The position numbers and the translations under genes are program-made. The notes under the pieces were generated by a model that did no database searches, was not told the DNA's origin, and saw only the letters and a program-made list of their open reading frames with translations. This document shows positions 48,501 to 55,163 of a stretch of DNA of 55,163 nt, one piece after another. Origin of the DNA: an uncultured Bacillota bacterium (lineage in GTDB: Bacteria; Bacillota; Clostridia; Christensenellales; Borkfalkiaceae); contig CASDPE010000001.1 of the NCBI GenBank assembly GCA_949282395.1, positions 1-55,163 on the forward strand, in the 5' to 3' direction. How positions within the stretch are numbered: position 1 is the stretch's first letter; each line of letters opens with the position of its first letter.

Positions 48501-50375
48501 CTTTATATCTCCGAGCATAAACTGCACAGAGCCCTCCCACGACGCGATATAATCATGCGTAAACTTCAAAGTCTTTCCGCCGTTATATTCTTCTATGGAA
48601 GCCTTCCAGTTAAATGTTCTGAGATAAACGCTGGTGCGTCTTACGTCATAAACAAGTTCGCCTCGTTGTGCCACATCGATTGCATAAGAATAATCGTCTT
48701 CATTTTCAGTAAACGGATCTGCAATGACAGAAAGATTGTATTCTTTACTAAGGGTTTTTCCGTTATACACGGTGGATACCGTAAGTTTTACGCCATCACC
48801 TACTCTCTTAGGCGTCAATATACCGTTTTTCAGCTCTATGATTTCATTGTTACTTGTACCGTTCCCGGTAAATTGATATTGATATTCGCATCCTTCTATT
48901 TCGCCGGGGAAAAATTTGTATGTCTCCCCCATAATAAGCACTCCGTCGGAATAAATATCAGTCTCTACCGCAAAATCCACCAAATCAAGCGAAAACGACT
49001 TAATATACAGCGTATACGGCTCCGCAGTTCCGTTATCATCATATAACTCTATCCCAAAATTCTTATAACTTTGGTTGATTTCGAACGCAATTTTATACTT
49101 TGTACCCGTCGGCTCGATATCCGAAAGTTTGCCAAAATCTAATCCGCCGATTATATCAGAGCGTATTCCGTACTCGTACTCAGCCGGCGTGTTTTTATAT
49201 TGCGCGCCGTTAATCCTGCCCTGGAATTCACCCTCGATTACTTCCAAGTCGACCGTTAAAACATATTTGCCTGGCGTTAAATTCCAAGAGCCCAAACATA
49301 CGTGCGACCAATGCTTAAAATCAGTATTTTTTTCTACAACGAGCATTTTTTTGTCTGTGTCGTACGTATCAATAAAAATATCAGTATTGTGTGTAGTAAC
49401 TTTAGGTCCCGTATAATCCAGCCATGCATCGGTGCAAACACCGTTTACAAAATATCTGTTAGCTACCGCATATGAAAAATCTTCGGCTTTGTCATTGACT
49501 TTTACAACATTAAATTCTTTTTCCGCCTGAACATCGCTGCCTTTTACTTTCGCCGTAACAGTTACTTTTCCGCTTCCCTTACCTGTCAATACACCGTTTT
49601 TGTCTATTTCGGCTACACTCGTATTATCTATGCTCCACTCTAATTCAAAATCATCGGCATTCCAAGGATAATACTCCACCCCTAAGGAATAGCTATACGG
49701 TTCATTTAGCCGATAATCATATCCTGCAACAATTTCTTCTCCGCCCACATCGTTTATAGTTATGCTTTCCACATTAAGCACAACCCTAAGTGTTGCCGTA
49801 GCTTTTACAGCCCTTTGTCCTTTTTTATATACAGTAATATCCGTACTTCCGCCTCCGGTAAACGAAACCAAGCCGTTACTGTCTACGGTAGCAACGGTTT
49901 CATCGGATGAAACCCATACCAGTATAGCCGAAGCATTTGAACATTCAGCCGAAAGTTGCAACGAACCGTCCGTATATTCTGCCATATTCGTTTCCGGCAT
50001 ACCCGATAAAATAATTGTATCGGTGATCGTCCGCTCGTCTTTTACCGTAATCAACGCTTCGGCCTTGATTTGCGAATTGCTTTTAAGCGTCGCCGTAATT
50101 ACCACAGCGCCGCTGTCTATTAATGTAATTTTACCGCTTTCGTCGATTGTGGCAACGTCTTCATCTCCAGACTTCCATTGCACACCTTCATTACCGCTCG
50201 TGATTCCGAGTTGCAAAGTATTATTTGTATCGGTGATTGTAGCAATATTGTTCTCTGGTAAACCAGTAATCGTTATGCTCTCAACACTTTTGTTGTTGCA
50301 TGCAACAGCAAATACCGAAATCAATGCCAAAATCACTATTAACATTAAACCTTTGATTTTGTTCCTTCGACTCAT
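45576..50375 (-). CDS. 1599-aa surface lipoprotein with Big_2-type Ig domains and repeated CBM-like modules
   Basis: AVAC lipobox; W.S.D..VAT.D..G Big_2 motifs; three RT.VYLRTFN modules about 1040 nt apart. Confidence 0.8.
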   Translation of the reverse strand: MSRRNKIKGLMLIVILALISVFAVACNNKSVESITITGLPENNIATITDTNNTLQLGITSGNEGVQWKSGDEDVATIDESGKITLIDSGAVVITATLKSNSQIKAEALITVKDERTITDTIILSGMPETNMAEYTDGSLQLSAECSNASAILVWVSSDETVATVDSNGLVSFTGGGSTDITVYKKGQRAVKATATLRVVLNVESITINDVGGEEIVAGYDYRLNEPYSYSLGVEYYPWNADDFELEWSIDNTSVAEIDKNGVLTGKGSGKVTVTAKVKGSDVQAEKEFNVVKVNDKAEDFSYAVANRYFVNGVCTDAWLDYTGPKVTTHNTDIFIDTYDTDKKMLVVEKNTDFKHWSHVCLGSWNLTPGKYVLTVDLEVIEGEFQGRINGAQYKNTPAEYEYGIRSDIIGGLDFGKLSDIEPTGTKYKIAFEINQSYKNFGIELYDDNGTAEPYTLYIKSFSLDLVDFAVETDIYSDGVLIMGETYKFFPGEIEGCEYQYQFTGNGTSNNEIIELKNGILTPKRVGDGVKLTVSTVYNGKTLSKEYNLSVIADPFTENEDDYSYAIDVAQRGELVYDVRRTSVYLRTFNWKASIEEYNGGKTLKFTHDYIASWEGSVQFMLGDIKKGTYSVSFTLHGDDIGEWGKFQGQIYPIIWNENYETTFSDKAYVRGKAPYGDIYQGVKNGNTYTYTITIQEDIKNFGIELCGATTVDYTIYLDAFKFEKLPAVTGVEIQTDLKTTIKTGEQANLNVSVTYEGGASKGQEYTAEWKTSGEGTVRIAEDGTLTAVAPGSVTIELNVVCADGKTFQKTLTVTVEVGEISIETDMYDDGLLVKGEEYSFIPEKFTDESVFEYSYSADGIVKVENGKLTALKAGDVTVTVTETVTGAKKEISIKVKEYGGWEDANYADATNAKNRVESGTCIYDVERTNVYLRTFNMTAAVEDYNSGKTLKLAQDYQTTWAGSVLFMLGDVKKGTYAVSFTLHGSDIGNWNKFQGYIYPITWNANYETTFSAEAYSRRGTTPYGNIFDANCVKQGNTYTYTITITEDINNFGIELCGGVPMGYTFYLDAFKFEKLPVVTGVEMNVTLTDNKMQTGDKVDLAETVTYAEGATKGENYIAEWSVENGTGTARIESGKLVAVSAGNVTLKLHVVSASGAEFDKSLNITIELGEVIVEHDMYEDRILVKDKEYKFEPQNFSDDSVFEYTYSAENIVKVENGKLIAIGVGDVTLTVTETVTGATKEFKLQVVDFSGNKDEDYRYAVNPTQHGDFFDIERTNVYLRTFNMNISVNENKLTLTKNYVPAGGASVFFYLGNVEAGRYRLTVELGGDLTWDCFKGYLYALNWEAGWQTTFSDQAYKKGESPYGNIHEPGFCLYSGSGNSTTDGTYTMYIDIASAQTDFGLMLETWETENKSFTIILESFAFEREDLTKQMNFDGAAIYNYSIDNYGSGITVVGKDGSMVVTKAATSAAVSQEDNALQVVTPTNWSEIALCFGTVKAGTYLLELKIEAVDMTGNYWFSGIVYSGTCVNGKITYDGTIGLISENAAEVTHVSNSKTVQLQIEVTEDIENFALILASKGDCGQAVNIQLSDISLQTQVSEV

Positions 50376-50468
50376 TTTCCTAGACCTCTCATTAGATTTG
50401 TTCTCAACTACTGAGAATATATCGCTATATTTGTATTATAGCATATAGCATCAAGCGATTTCATCCTG

Positions 50469-50534
50469 TTTTGTGACAAAAAATCACAAAATTGTGATAT
50501 ATGCTTGTCTTCAACAGTACTTATATGCTATAAT
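50469..50534. promoter_or_regulatory. Operator-like inverted repeat and promoter of the third AraC gene
   Basis: TTTTGTGA/TCACAAAA IR at 50469-50491; + strand TTGTCT-N18-TATAAT (TG-extended) ending 6 nt before ATG 50541; a divergent TGn-TATAAT lies on the minus strand at 50435-50443. Confidence 0.6.
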
Positions 50535-50540
50535 AGGTTC

Positions 50541-51368
50541 ATGAATAATTCATCCACTGCCCTACAAGATACTTTGTACTCCTTCAACTATACAAAACTT
50601 TGGAATCAAATTTCCTCAAAACATTTGCACACTTCTTTCGAAATTTTGATTCAACTTAACGGAAAAATTAAAAATACCGTAAATCATTGTTCACAAATGC
50701 TTATTCCCGGAAATGTTGTAATCATGCGACCGGGAGATTGGCATACTATTGATGTCTTGCCAAATCAGTTACATTTACATAGAGATATTTACATTCAAAT
50801 CGAAAAAATGCATAAAATTTGTGATTTTTTATCTCCGACTCTATTCGATGAATTGCTTACACCTGATACTCCCGCTTATTTCAATATATCCGCACAACGT
50901 ATACAAACATTGGAAAAGAACCTACTTTTATTCACTAAGAAAAATCTGAACATCTCTGACTGTGAAAGCCTCCATACTTGTATCCTTTTTGAACTCTTAT
51001 CCGATTATCTTGCCCGTCAAATCAATCATGAAGCCACAAATTACCCTAGTTGGTTACAAAATTTTTTGATTTATTTGAATAATCCCAACAATATATCGTT
51101 AAGAATCAGCGAATTGGCAAAATATTCAGGGTTCAGCCGCGAACATTTATGTAGAGAATTTCACAAATATATCGGTCAAACATTGGAATCGTACCTTACA
51201 GAAATACGTATTAACTATTCATTATCATTATTGGCTTGTTCCGACTTTTCCATTGTATACATTAGCAACGAACTTGGCTACGATTCACAAAATAGTTTTA
51301 CTAACAACTTCCGTAAACAATTCGGCATAACTCCGACTACTTGGAGAAAAATTCAAAAGAAAACTTAA
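50541..51368 (+). CDS. AraC-family transcriptional regulator
   Basis: HLHTSFEI cupin, MRPGDWH, HTH FSREHLCREF...GYDSQNSFTNNFRKQFGITP. Confidence 0.9.
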   Translation: MNNSSTALQDTLYSFNYTKLWNQISSKHLHTSFEILIQLNGKIKNTVNHCSQMLIPGNVVIMRPGDWHTIDVLPNQLHLHRDIYIQIEKMHKICDFLSPTLFDELLTPDTPAYFNISAQRIQTLEKNLLLFTKKNLNISDCESLHTCILFELLSDYLARQINHEATNYPSWLQNFLIYLNNPNNISLRISELAKYSGFSREHLCREFHKYIGQTLESYLTEIRINYSLSLLACSDFSIVYISNELGYDSQNSFTNNFRKQFGITPTTWRKIQKKT

Positions 51369-51369
51369 G

Positions 51370-51651
51370 GCTGTAAATATTTCTGTTACCTATTTACAAT
51401 CATTGTTCAAAAAAACTTTCAATAAAAGTATCAAGCAATATGTAAATGAGGTACGCATTAAAAATTGTATATCCATTATGGAATCAATCAACATGCCAAT
51501 AGAACAAATTGCGTTCAAAGTCGGATATAAAACATACTCGTCTCTCTACAAAGAATTTGTAAAAATAATGAACACCACGCCCAAAAATTACCGCAATGAA
51601 ATCAACAACAAATTTTTTGAAATTCAGCATAGCGAAGCATTTTCGGAATAA
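51370..51651 (+). pseudogene. AraC HTH-only remnant
   Basis: AVNISVTYLQSLFKK...EQIAFKVGYKTYSSLYKEF..TPKNYR begins right after the preceding stop; no sensor domain or RBS. Confidence 0.75.
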
Positions 51652-51700
51652 ATATCATTTACACCGCCATTTACAATCATCTCCGTCTTCATTTGCTTCT

Positions 51701-51853
51701 TCAACACTCCCCCGAAATCCTATTCGAAATCTCCAACTCCAAAGCGGCGAGGATACTCTCCGCTTTTTCTTTCAGGATATTTTTTAATTCGGGTGTTCCG
51801 CTGATGAATACCTTTACTTTCAATGAATTTTCTTTTACTTCGATCTCCTGCAT
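51701..51853 (-). CDS. 50-aa small hypothetical protein (MQEIEVKENSLKVKVFISGTPELKNILKEK...)
   Basis: GGAGG RBS upstream of ATG 51853; open frame to TGA 51701. Confidence 0.55.
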   Translation of the reverse strand: MQEIEVKENSLKVKVFISGTPELKNILKEKAESILAALELEISNRISGEC

Positions 51854-51914
51854 CTTTTCTACTCCTCCGTTTTTTCTTTTATTTTAGCGCAGTAAAATTG
51901 TCAAAACACCTCCC

Positions 51915-52283
51915 TGACCGCTTTCCCGTCGATTTCCGGCCTTTCCCCTACCCGAACCCAACCTCTTTCTGCGTTTCTTCCTTTTCCCCTTCCTTTTTTG
52001 GCTTACAGCCTACCAGAAAAAGCCTGCGCCGTAAAGGGAAAAAATTCTCGCTTAAAACACACAGAGCCGAGCAAATTTTTGCTCGGCTCTCTTGCTTTAT
52101 TCTCACGCAAGAATTTTTTCTGCGGCGGTCTTTCATTGCCGTTTCTCCCAAATTCGCCTTTCCTTGACGGCTCCGTCTTTTTCCGGTGTTTTTTCGGTGT
52201 TCGGAAAAAGAATTTTTTCCTTTTCGCAGATTGATGTTGGGTTTTAGCCGGGTTTCGGTTTGGTTTTGGGCAGGAATTGGTCA
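51915..52283. repeat. Large nested imperfect inverted repeat
   Basis: Core AGAGCCGAGCAAA/TTTGCTCGGCTCT (52063-52090); GAAAAAATTCT/AGAATTTTTTC; TCTGCG/CGCAGA; AACCCAAC/GTTGGGTT; CCGGC/GCCGG; TGACC/GGTCA. Confidence 0.65.
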
Positions 52284-52357
52284 AGACAATGTTCTAACAT
52301 TCCTTTTCTTTTTCTGCTATGATAAATACATGAAAAATCTCGGAGGTCACAATTCCT

Positions 52358-52687
52358 ATGAAAAACGCAGTCATCTACGCAAGGAGCGCTTCTTTCAACG
52401 AAGATTCGCTCCGCACTCAAATCGTTCTCTGCAAAAAATTCGCCGACGACAACGGCTATACCGTCGTCCGTATCTTTGCAGACAACAATGCATCAGGCAT
52501 GTCGGCAAAACGCCCCGCCCTGCAAAGGCTTCTCAAAGATATAAATTCAAGCTGGGAAACGGTCATTATTCTCGACCATTCACGCTTTTTCAAAGAACCC
52601 CGCAAATATATAGAATATATGCTAAAACTGAACTTTGCAGGCAAACGGATCATAATCGCCATCGAACAAAAGGAGGCTTTGCTGTGA
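52358..52687 (+). CDS. Stand-alone resolvase N-terminal domain protein with a degenerate active site
   Basis: AVIYARSAS, SL..Q...C, ASG....RPALQRLL, DHSRF; GGAGG RBS; no DNA-binding domain. Confidence 0.75.
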   Translation: MKNAVIYARSASFNEDSLRTQIVLCKKFADDNGYTVVRIFADNNASGMSAKRPALQRLLKDINSSWETVIILDHSRFFKEPRKYIEYMLKLNFAGKRIIIAIEQKEALL

Positions 52688-52842
52688 AAGTTGCATTTTA
52701 TTTCCGTGTTTCAAAAGAACTGCCGAAACAACCTGTCAAGTATTCTTTTGAAGAAATCAGAAAGTTTGATAAAAGTTTACCGATTAAAGAATGGCTGAAA
52801 ATCCGTCCGGCTACTGACAAGAAAAGCCTGCTCCGTAAATAA
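52684..52842 (+). CDS. 52-aa protein starting with a resolvase catalytic strand (MKVAFYFRVSK...)
   Basis: AAGGAGG plus GTG overlapping the previous TGA (GTGA coupling). Confidence 0.55.
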   Translation: MKVAFYFRVSKELPKQPVKYSFEEIRKFDKSLPIKEWLKIRPATDKKSLLRK

Positions 52843-52865
52843 ACCACATATCGGGAGGGAGAACA

Positions 52866-53009
52866 TTGAAAGAACAGACCATTATGACAACGACAGAAAA
52901 CAAGCTATATGTTCCCCCTCTTTCGGACAACGGGGCACATGCCTTTTATTCTGCACTGTTAGAAAAAATAAAAGAATTGAACGACGCCGAAAAATCGAAC
53001 GCCGCATAA
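52866..53009 (+). CDS. 47-aa small hypothetical protein
   Basis: GGGAGG RBS and TTG start; open frame LKEQTIMTTTENKLYVPP...NAA. Confidence 0.5.
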   Translation: MKEQTIMTTTENKLYVPPLSDNGAHAFYSALLEKIKELNDAEKSNAA

Positions 53010-53077
53010 AGCCGAAACCCACTTTATTGTTCGGTCGAATGCGCGTTCCGAAACGGCAGCAACAGGAGTTTTGATCA

Positions 53078-54574
53078 GTGAAAACAGCAGTAAATTATCT
53101 TCGCTATTCCAGTGAAAACCAAACGGAGCAATCCATCGAAGGGCAAATGCGCGTTTGCCAGGAATATGCCGAACGAAACGGCATACTCATCGTCGCCAAT
53201 TATATCGACCGAGCCATGACGGGCACGAACGACAACCGCCCCGATTTTCAGCGCATGATCAAAGACAGTGCGAAGCGGGAGTGGGACTATGTGCTGGTTT
53301 ACAAGTTTGACCGCTTTTCACGGAACAAGTACGAAACGGCAATATACAAAAAGACCCTGCGCGACAACGGCGTAAAAGTCATCTCCGCGACCGAACTTAT
53401 CCCCGACTCGCCCGAAGGCATCATCTTTGAAAGCATGCTGGAAGGCTACGCTGAATACTATTCCGCAGAACTATCCCAAAAGGTTCGTCGCGGCATGAAC
53501 GAAACGCGCCTGAAAGGAAACTACACGGGCGGGCATATCCTCTACGGGTACAAGAAACAAGATAAAAAACTCGTCATCGACGAAGAACGCGCCGAAGTGG
53601 TGCGCTTTATCTTCGAGCAGTATTCCATAGGCGTGTATGTAAAAAATATCCTCCTCGAACTCGACCGCAGAGGCGTTACCTATAAGGGAAAGCCGTTCGT
53701 CCGCAGCACCGTTTATAATATATTGAAAAACGAAAAGTACGCGGGCATCTATCATTTTAACGGACAAATCATAGAGAACATGTTCCCACAGATCGTTCCT
53801 ACCGACATTTTTGAAAAAGTGCGCGCCAAAGTACAGAAAAACCATTACGGCAAACGCAGTGTGCAGGTCGTATATCTTCTCCACAACAAACTCAGATGCG
53901 GATATTGCGGTCAGTCCGTCAACGCAGAGTGCGGTACTTCCCAAAACGGCGAAAAGAAATACTATTATAAGTGTTTGGGCAGAAAGCATAACCGTTGCAA
54001 AAAGTCTATTATTCGCAAAGACATTTTGGAAAAACTCGTACTCGATAAAATCGTTTCCGAATTGAACCGTCCGCAAATTATGAACGCTATCGTTGCCAAT
54101 CTTATGCAGATACAGGAATTACAAGCAAAGGAAGCTTCCGCATTGAACATGATACTCAAAGAGAAACGCCAGACGGATACCGCTTTGAATAACTTAATGG
54201 CAGCTATTGAACAGGGTATCATCTCCAATACGACCAATAAACGGCTGCACGAACTTGAAAGCAAACAGGAAGAATTAGAGCGGCAGATACTCATAGAGAA
54301 AAGCAAGCTCGCCGTACAGTTGCCCGAAAGCACGGTGCGCAAATTCTACACCGACGCGCTCAAAGCAGAACCGAAACTTTTAATCGACTGCCTGATAAAA
54401 GAGATCATCTTGTACGACGATAAAATTGAAATCTACTTTAACAGTCCCATAAAAATAAGCCCTGACGAAAGTCGGGGCTTTACCTTTTATACGGAGAATA
54501 TTAAAATCACTTATAAAGATCCGCACAGGTCGGAGCCTGTCGTTATTCAGGCCGTCTTTGAAATGAAGATTTAA
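53078..54574 (+). CDS. Large serine recombinase (intact)
   Basis: YLRYSS, SIEGQ, RPDFQRMI, YKFDRFSRN, recombinase domain, CGYCG zinc ribbon, coiled coil. Confidence 0.93.
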   Translation: MKTAVNYLRYSSENQTEQSIEGQMRVCQEYAERNGILIVANYIDRAMTGTNDNRPDFQRMIKDSAKREWDYVLVYKFDRFSRNKYETAIYKKTLRDNGVKVISATELIPDSPEGIIFESMLEGYAEYYSAELSQKVRRGMNETRLKGNYTGGHILYGYKKQDKKLVIDEERAEVVRFIFEQYSIGVYVKNILLELDRRGVTYKGKPFVRSTVYNILKNEKYAGIYHFNGQIIENMFPQIVPTDIFEKVRAKVQKNHYGKRSVQVVYLLHNKLRCGYCGQSVNAECGTSQNGEKKYYYKCLGRKHNRCKKSIIRKDILEKLVLDKIVSELNRPQIMNAIVANLMQIQELQAKEASALNMILKEKRQTDTALNNLMAAIEQGIISNTTNKRLHELESKQEELERQILIEKSKLAVQLPESTVRKFYTDALKAEPKLLIDCLIKEIILYDDKIEIYFNSPIKISPDESRGFTFYTENIKITYKDPHRSEPVVIQAVFEMKI

Positions 54575-54670
54575 CAGCCAAATATATGAATTAAGGGGGA
54601 ACCCCGTTCGACGTGTTTCTTGCTGTCCTACGCCCGATTTTGTGCCTTAAACGAAGTTTTAGGACATCAA

Positions 54671-54737
54671 AAAAACCTAATCCAAAGTGGTTCGGATTAG
54701 GTTACGTTTGGCTGACCACTTTGTGGCCCTTTCGAAC
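54671..54737. mobile_element. Symmetric attP-like site overlapping the 3' end of the minus-strand LSR, with terminator hairpin
   Basis: GTTCG(54690)-N18-TG(54713-14)-N18-CGAAC(54737); inner TGGC-TG-ACCA symmetry; AACCTAATCC/GGATTAGGTT hairpin. Confidence 0.75.
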
Positions 54738-55163
54738 TTTCCAACTCGTCAAGGGAAATTTCTCCATCCTTGCCGTTTATATTATAGATGATTTTTATAT
54801 GGTCATCGTACAAATAAATTCTGTCGATGAATGTATCGATCAGTTTTGCTTTGCCTTCCTTGGTAGTCGTATCAATTTTACGGAAGTTATAAAGCGCCAT
54901 CCTGAACTGATCTTTGGAGAACAGCGGCCGTTCCGCCTGTTCTTTTTTTATTTCATCTTCTAACGCTCTTTTATTTTCCTCAAGCTCGTTGAGCCTTTGA
55001 AGAAGAGCATCCGAAGCTACACCTTTTTGAATTGCCGTTACGATGTTGTCTATCTCTTTTGTCTTTTCGGCGAGTTGACTTTCCAGCTTTGGCAGAAGAG
55101 TATTTTCCTCGTACTGCAGGTTATAGAGCAGATCAACTAAGCGTTCGATGATTTCGTCCTTCT
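54697..55163 (-). CDS. C-terminal part of a large serine recombinase (cut by the window edge)
   Basis: Frame open to the edge: KDEIIERL..EIDNIVTAIQKG..LQRLNELEENK..LIDTFIDRIYLYDDHIKIIYN, the same coiled coil and tail as the other LSRs. Confidence 0.85.
   Translation of the reverse strand, partial: KDEIIERLVDLLYNLQYEENTLLPKLESQLAEKTKEIDNIVTAIQKGVASDALLQRLNELEENKRALEDEIKKEQAERPLFSKDQFRMALYNFRKIDTTTKEGKAKLIDTFIDRIYLYDDHIKIIYNINGKDGEISLDELESSKGPQSGQPNVT

Noticed and set aside
52186-52842. 218-aa ORF
   Set aside because: It overlaps the resolvase-domain gene in another frame; only the last 52 codons have an RBS and a motif.
54575-54602. CAGCCAAA right after the 53078 LSR stop as a third att site
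   Set aside because: It matches the core but has no CGAAC at N18 and no GTTCG on the other side. At most a degenerate relic.
54700-54740. tRNA gene suggested by GTTCGA...CAGCCA
   Set aside because: Spacing is 5 nt too long, there is no cloverleaf, and it lies in LSR coding sequence.
1-55163. CRISPR array, rRNA, defence systems, conjugation genes
   Set aside because: No regularly spaced repeat-spacer units or recognisable signatures were seen by eye.

Overview
This is an accessory region of a probable gut Clostridia-type Firmicute (inferred from the lipoprotein-rich, AraC/ABC-type Gram-positive PULs and TnpX/TnpW-like genes). Left end: the right part of a small integrative element (HUH rolling-circle Rep, a ~190-nt nested hairpin, a TnpW-like gene and a TnpX-like large serine recombinase, LSR). 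It abuts the 3' part of a different LSR gene, which begins abruptly at the conserved YSEELSQK helix, as expected if the element inserted into that gene. About 4.9-31.9 kb is a GC-rich glycan-utilisation block: KdgK/Eda-like enzymes, a BNR sialidase-like protein, GH127-, GH20-, DUF4091/GH123-, GH106- and GH78-like hydrolases, SGNH, RpiB, an ABC importer, a lipoprotein array and 2 AraC. About 32.0-51.7 kb is an AT-richer second block: truncated GH2, GH43, GH63/37-like, GH106-like and GH-A hydrolases, an ABC importer, a 1599-aa repeat lipoprotein and AraC. Right end: resolvase-domain fragments, an intact LSR and the 3' end of a convergent LSR. Key observation: the same LSR attachment half-site (hairpin plus GTTCG-N18-TG) occurs at 31.97 kb, where GH2 is cut and base composition shifts, and at 54.69 kb, where it forms a symmetric GTTCG-N18-TG-N18-CGAAC site overlapping the LSR 3' end. 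Its geometry fits a tRNA-Gln 3'-end target. This suggests an array of PUL cargo modules accreted by a serine integrase. No tRNA, rRNA or CRISPR was seen. Family assignments come from motifs read by eye, not from database searches.
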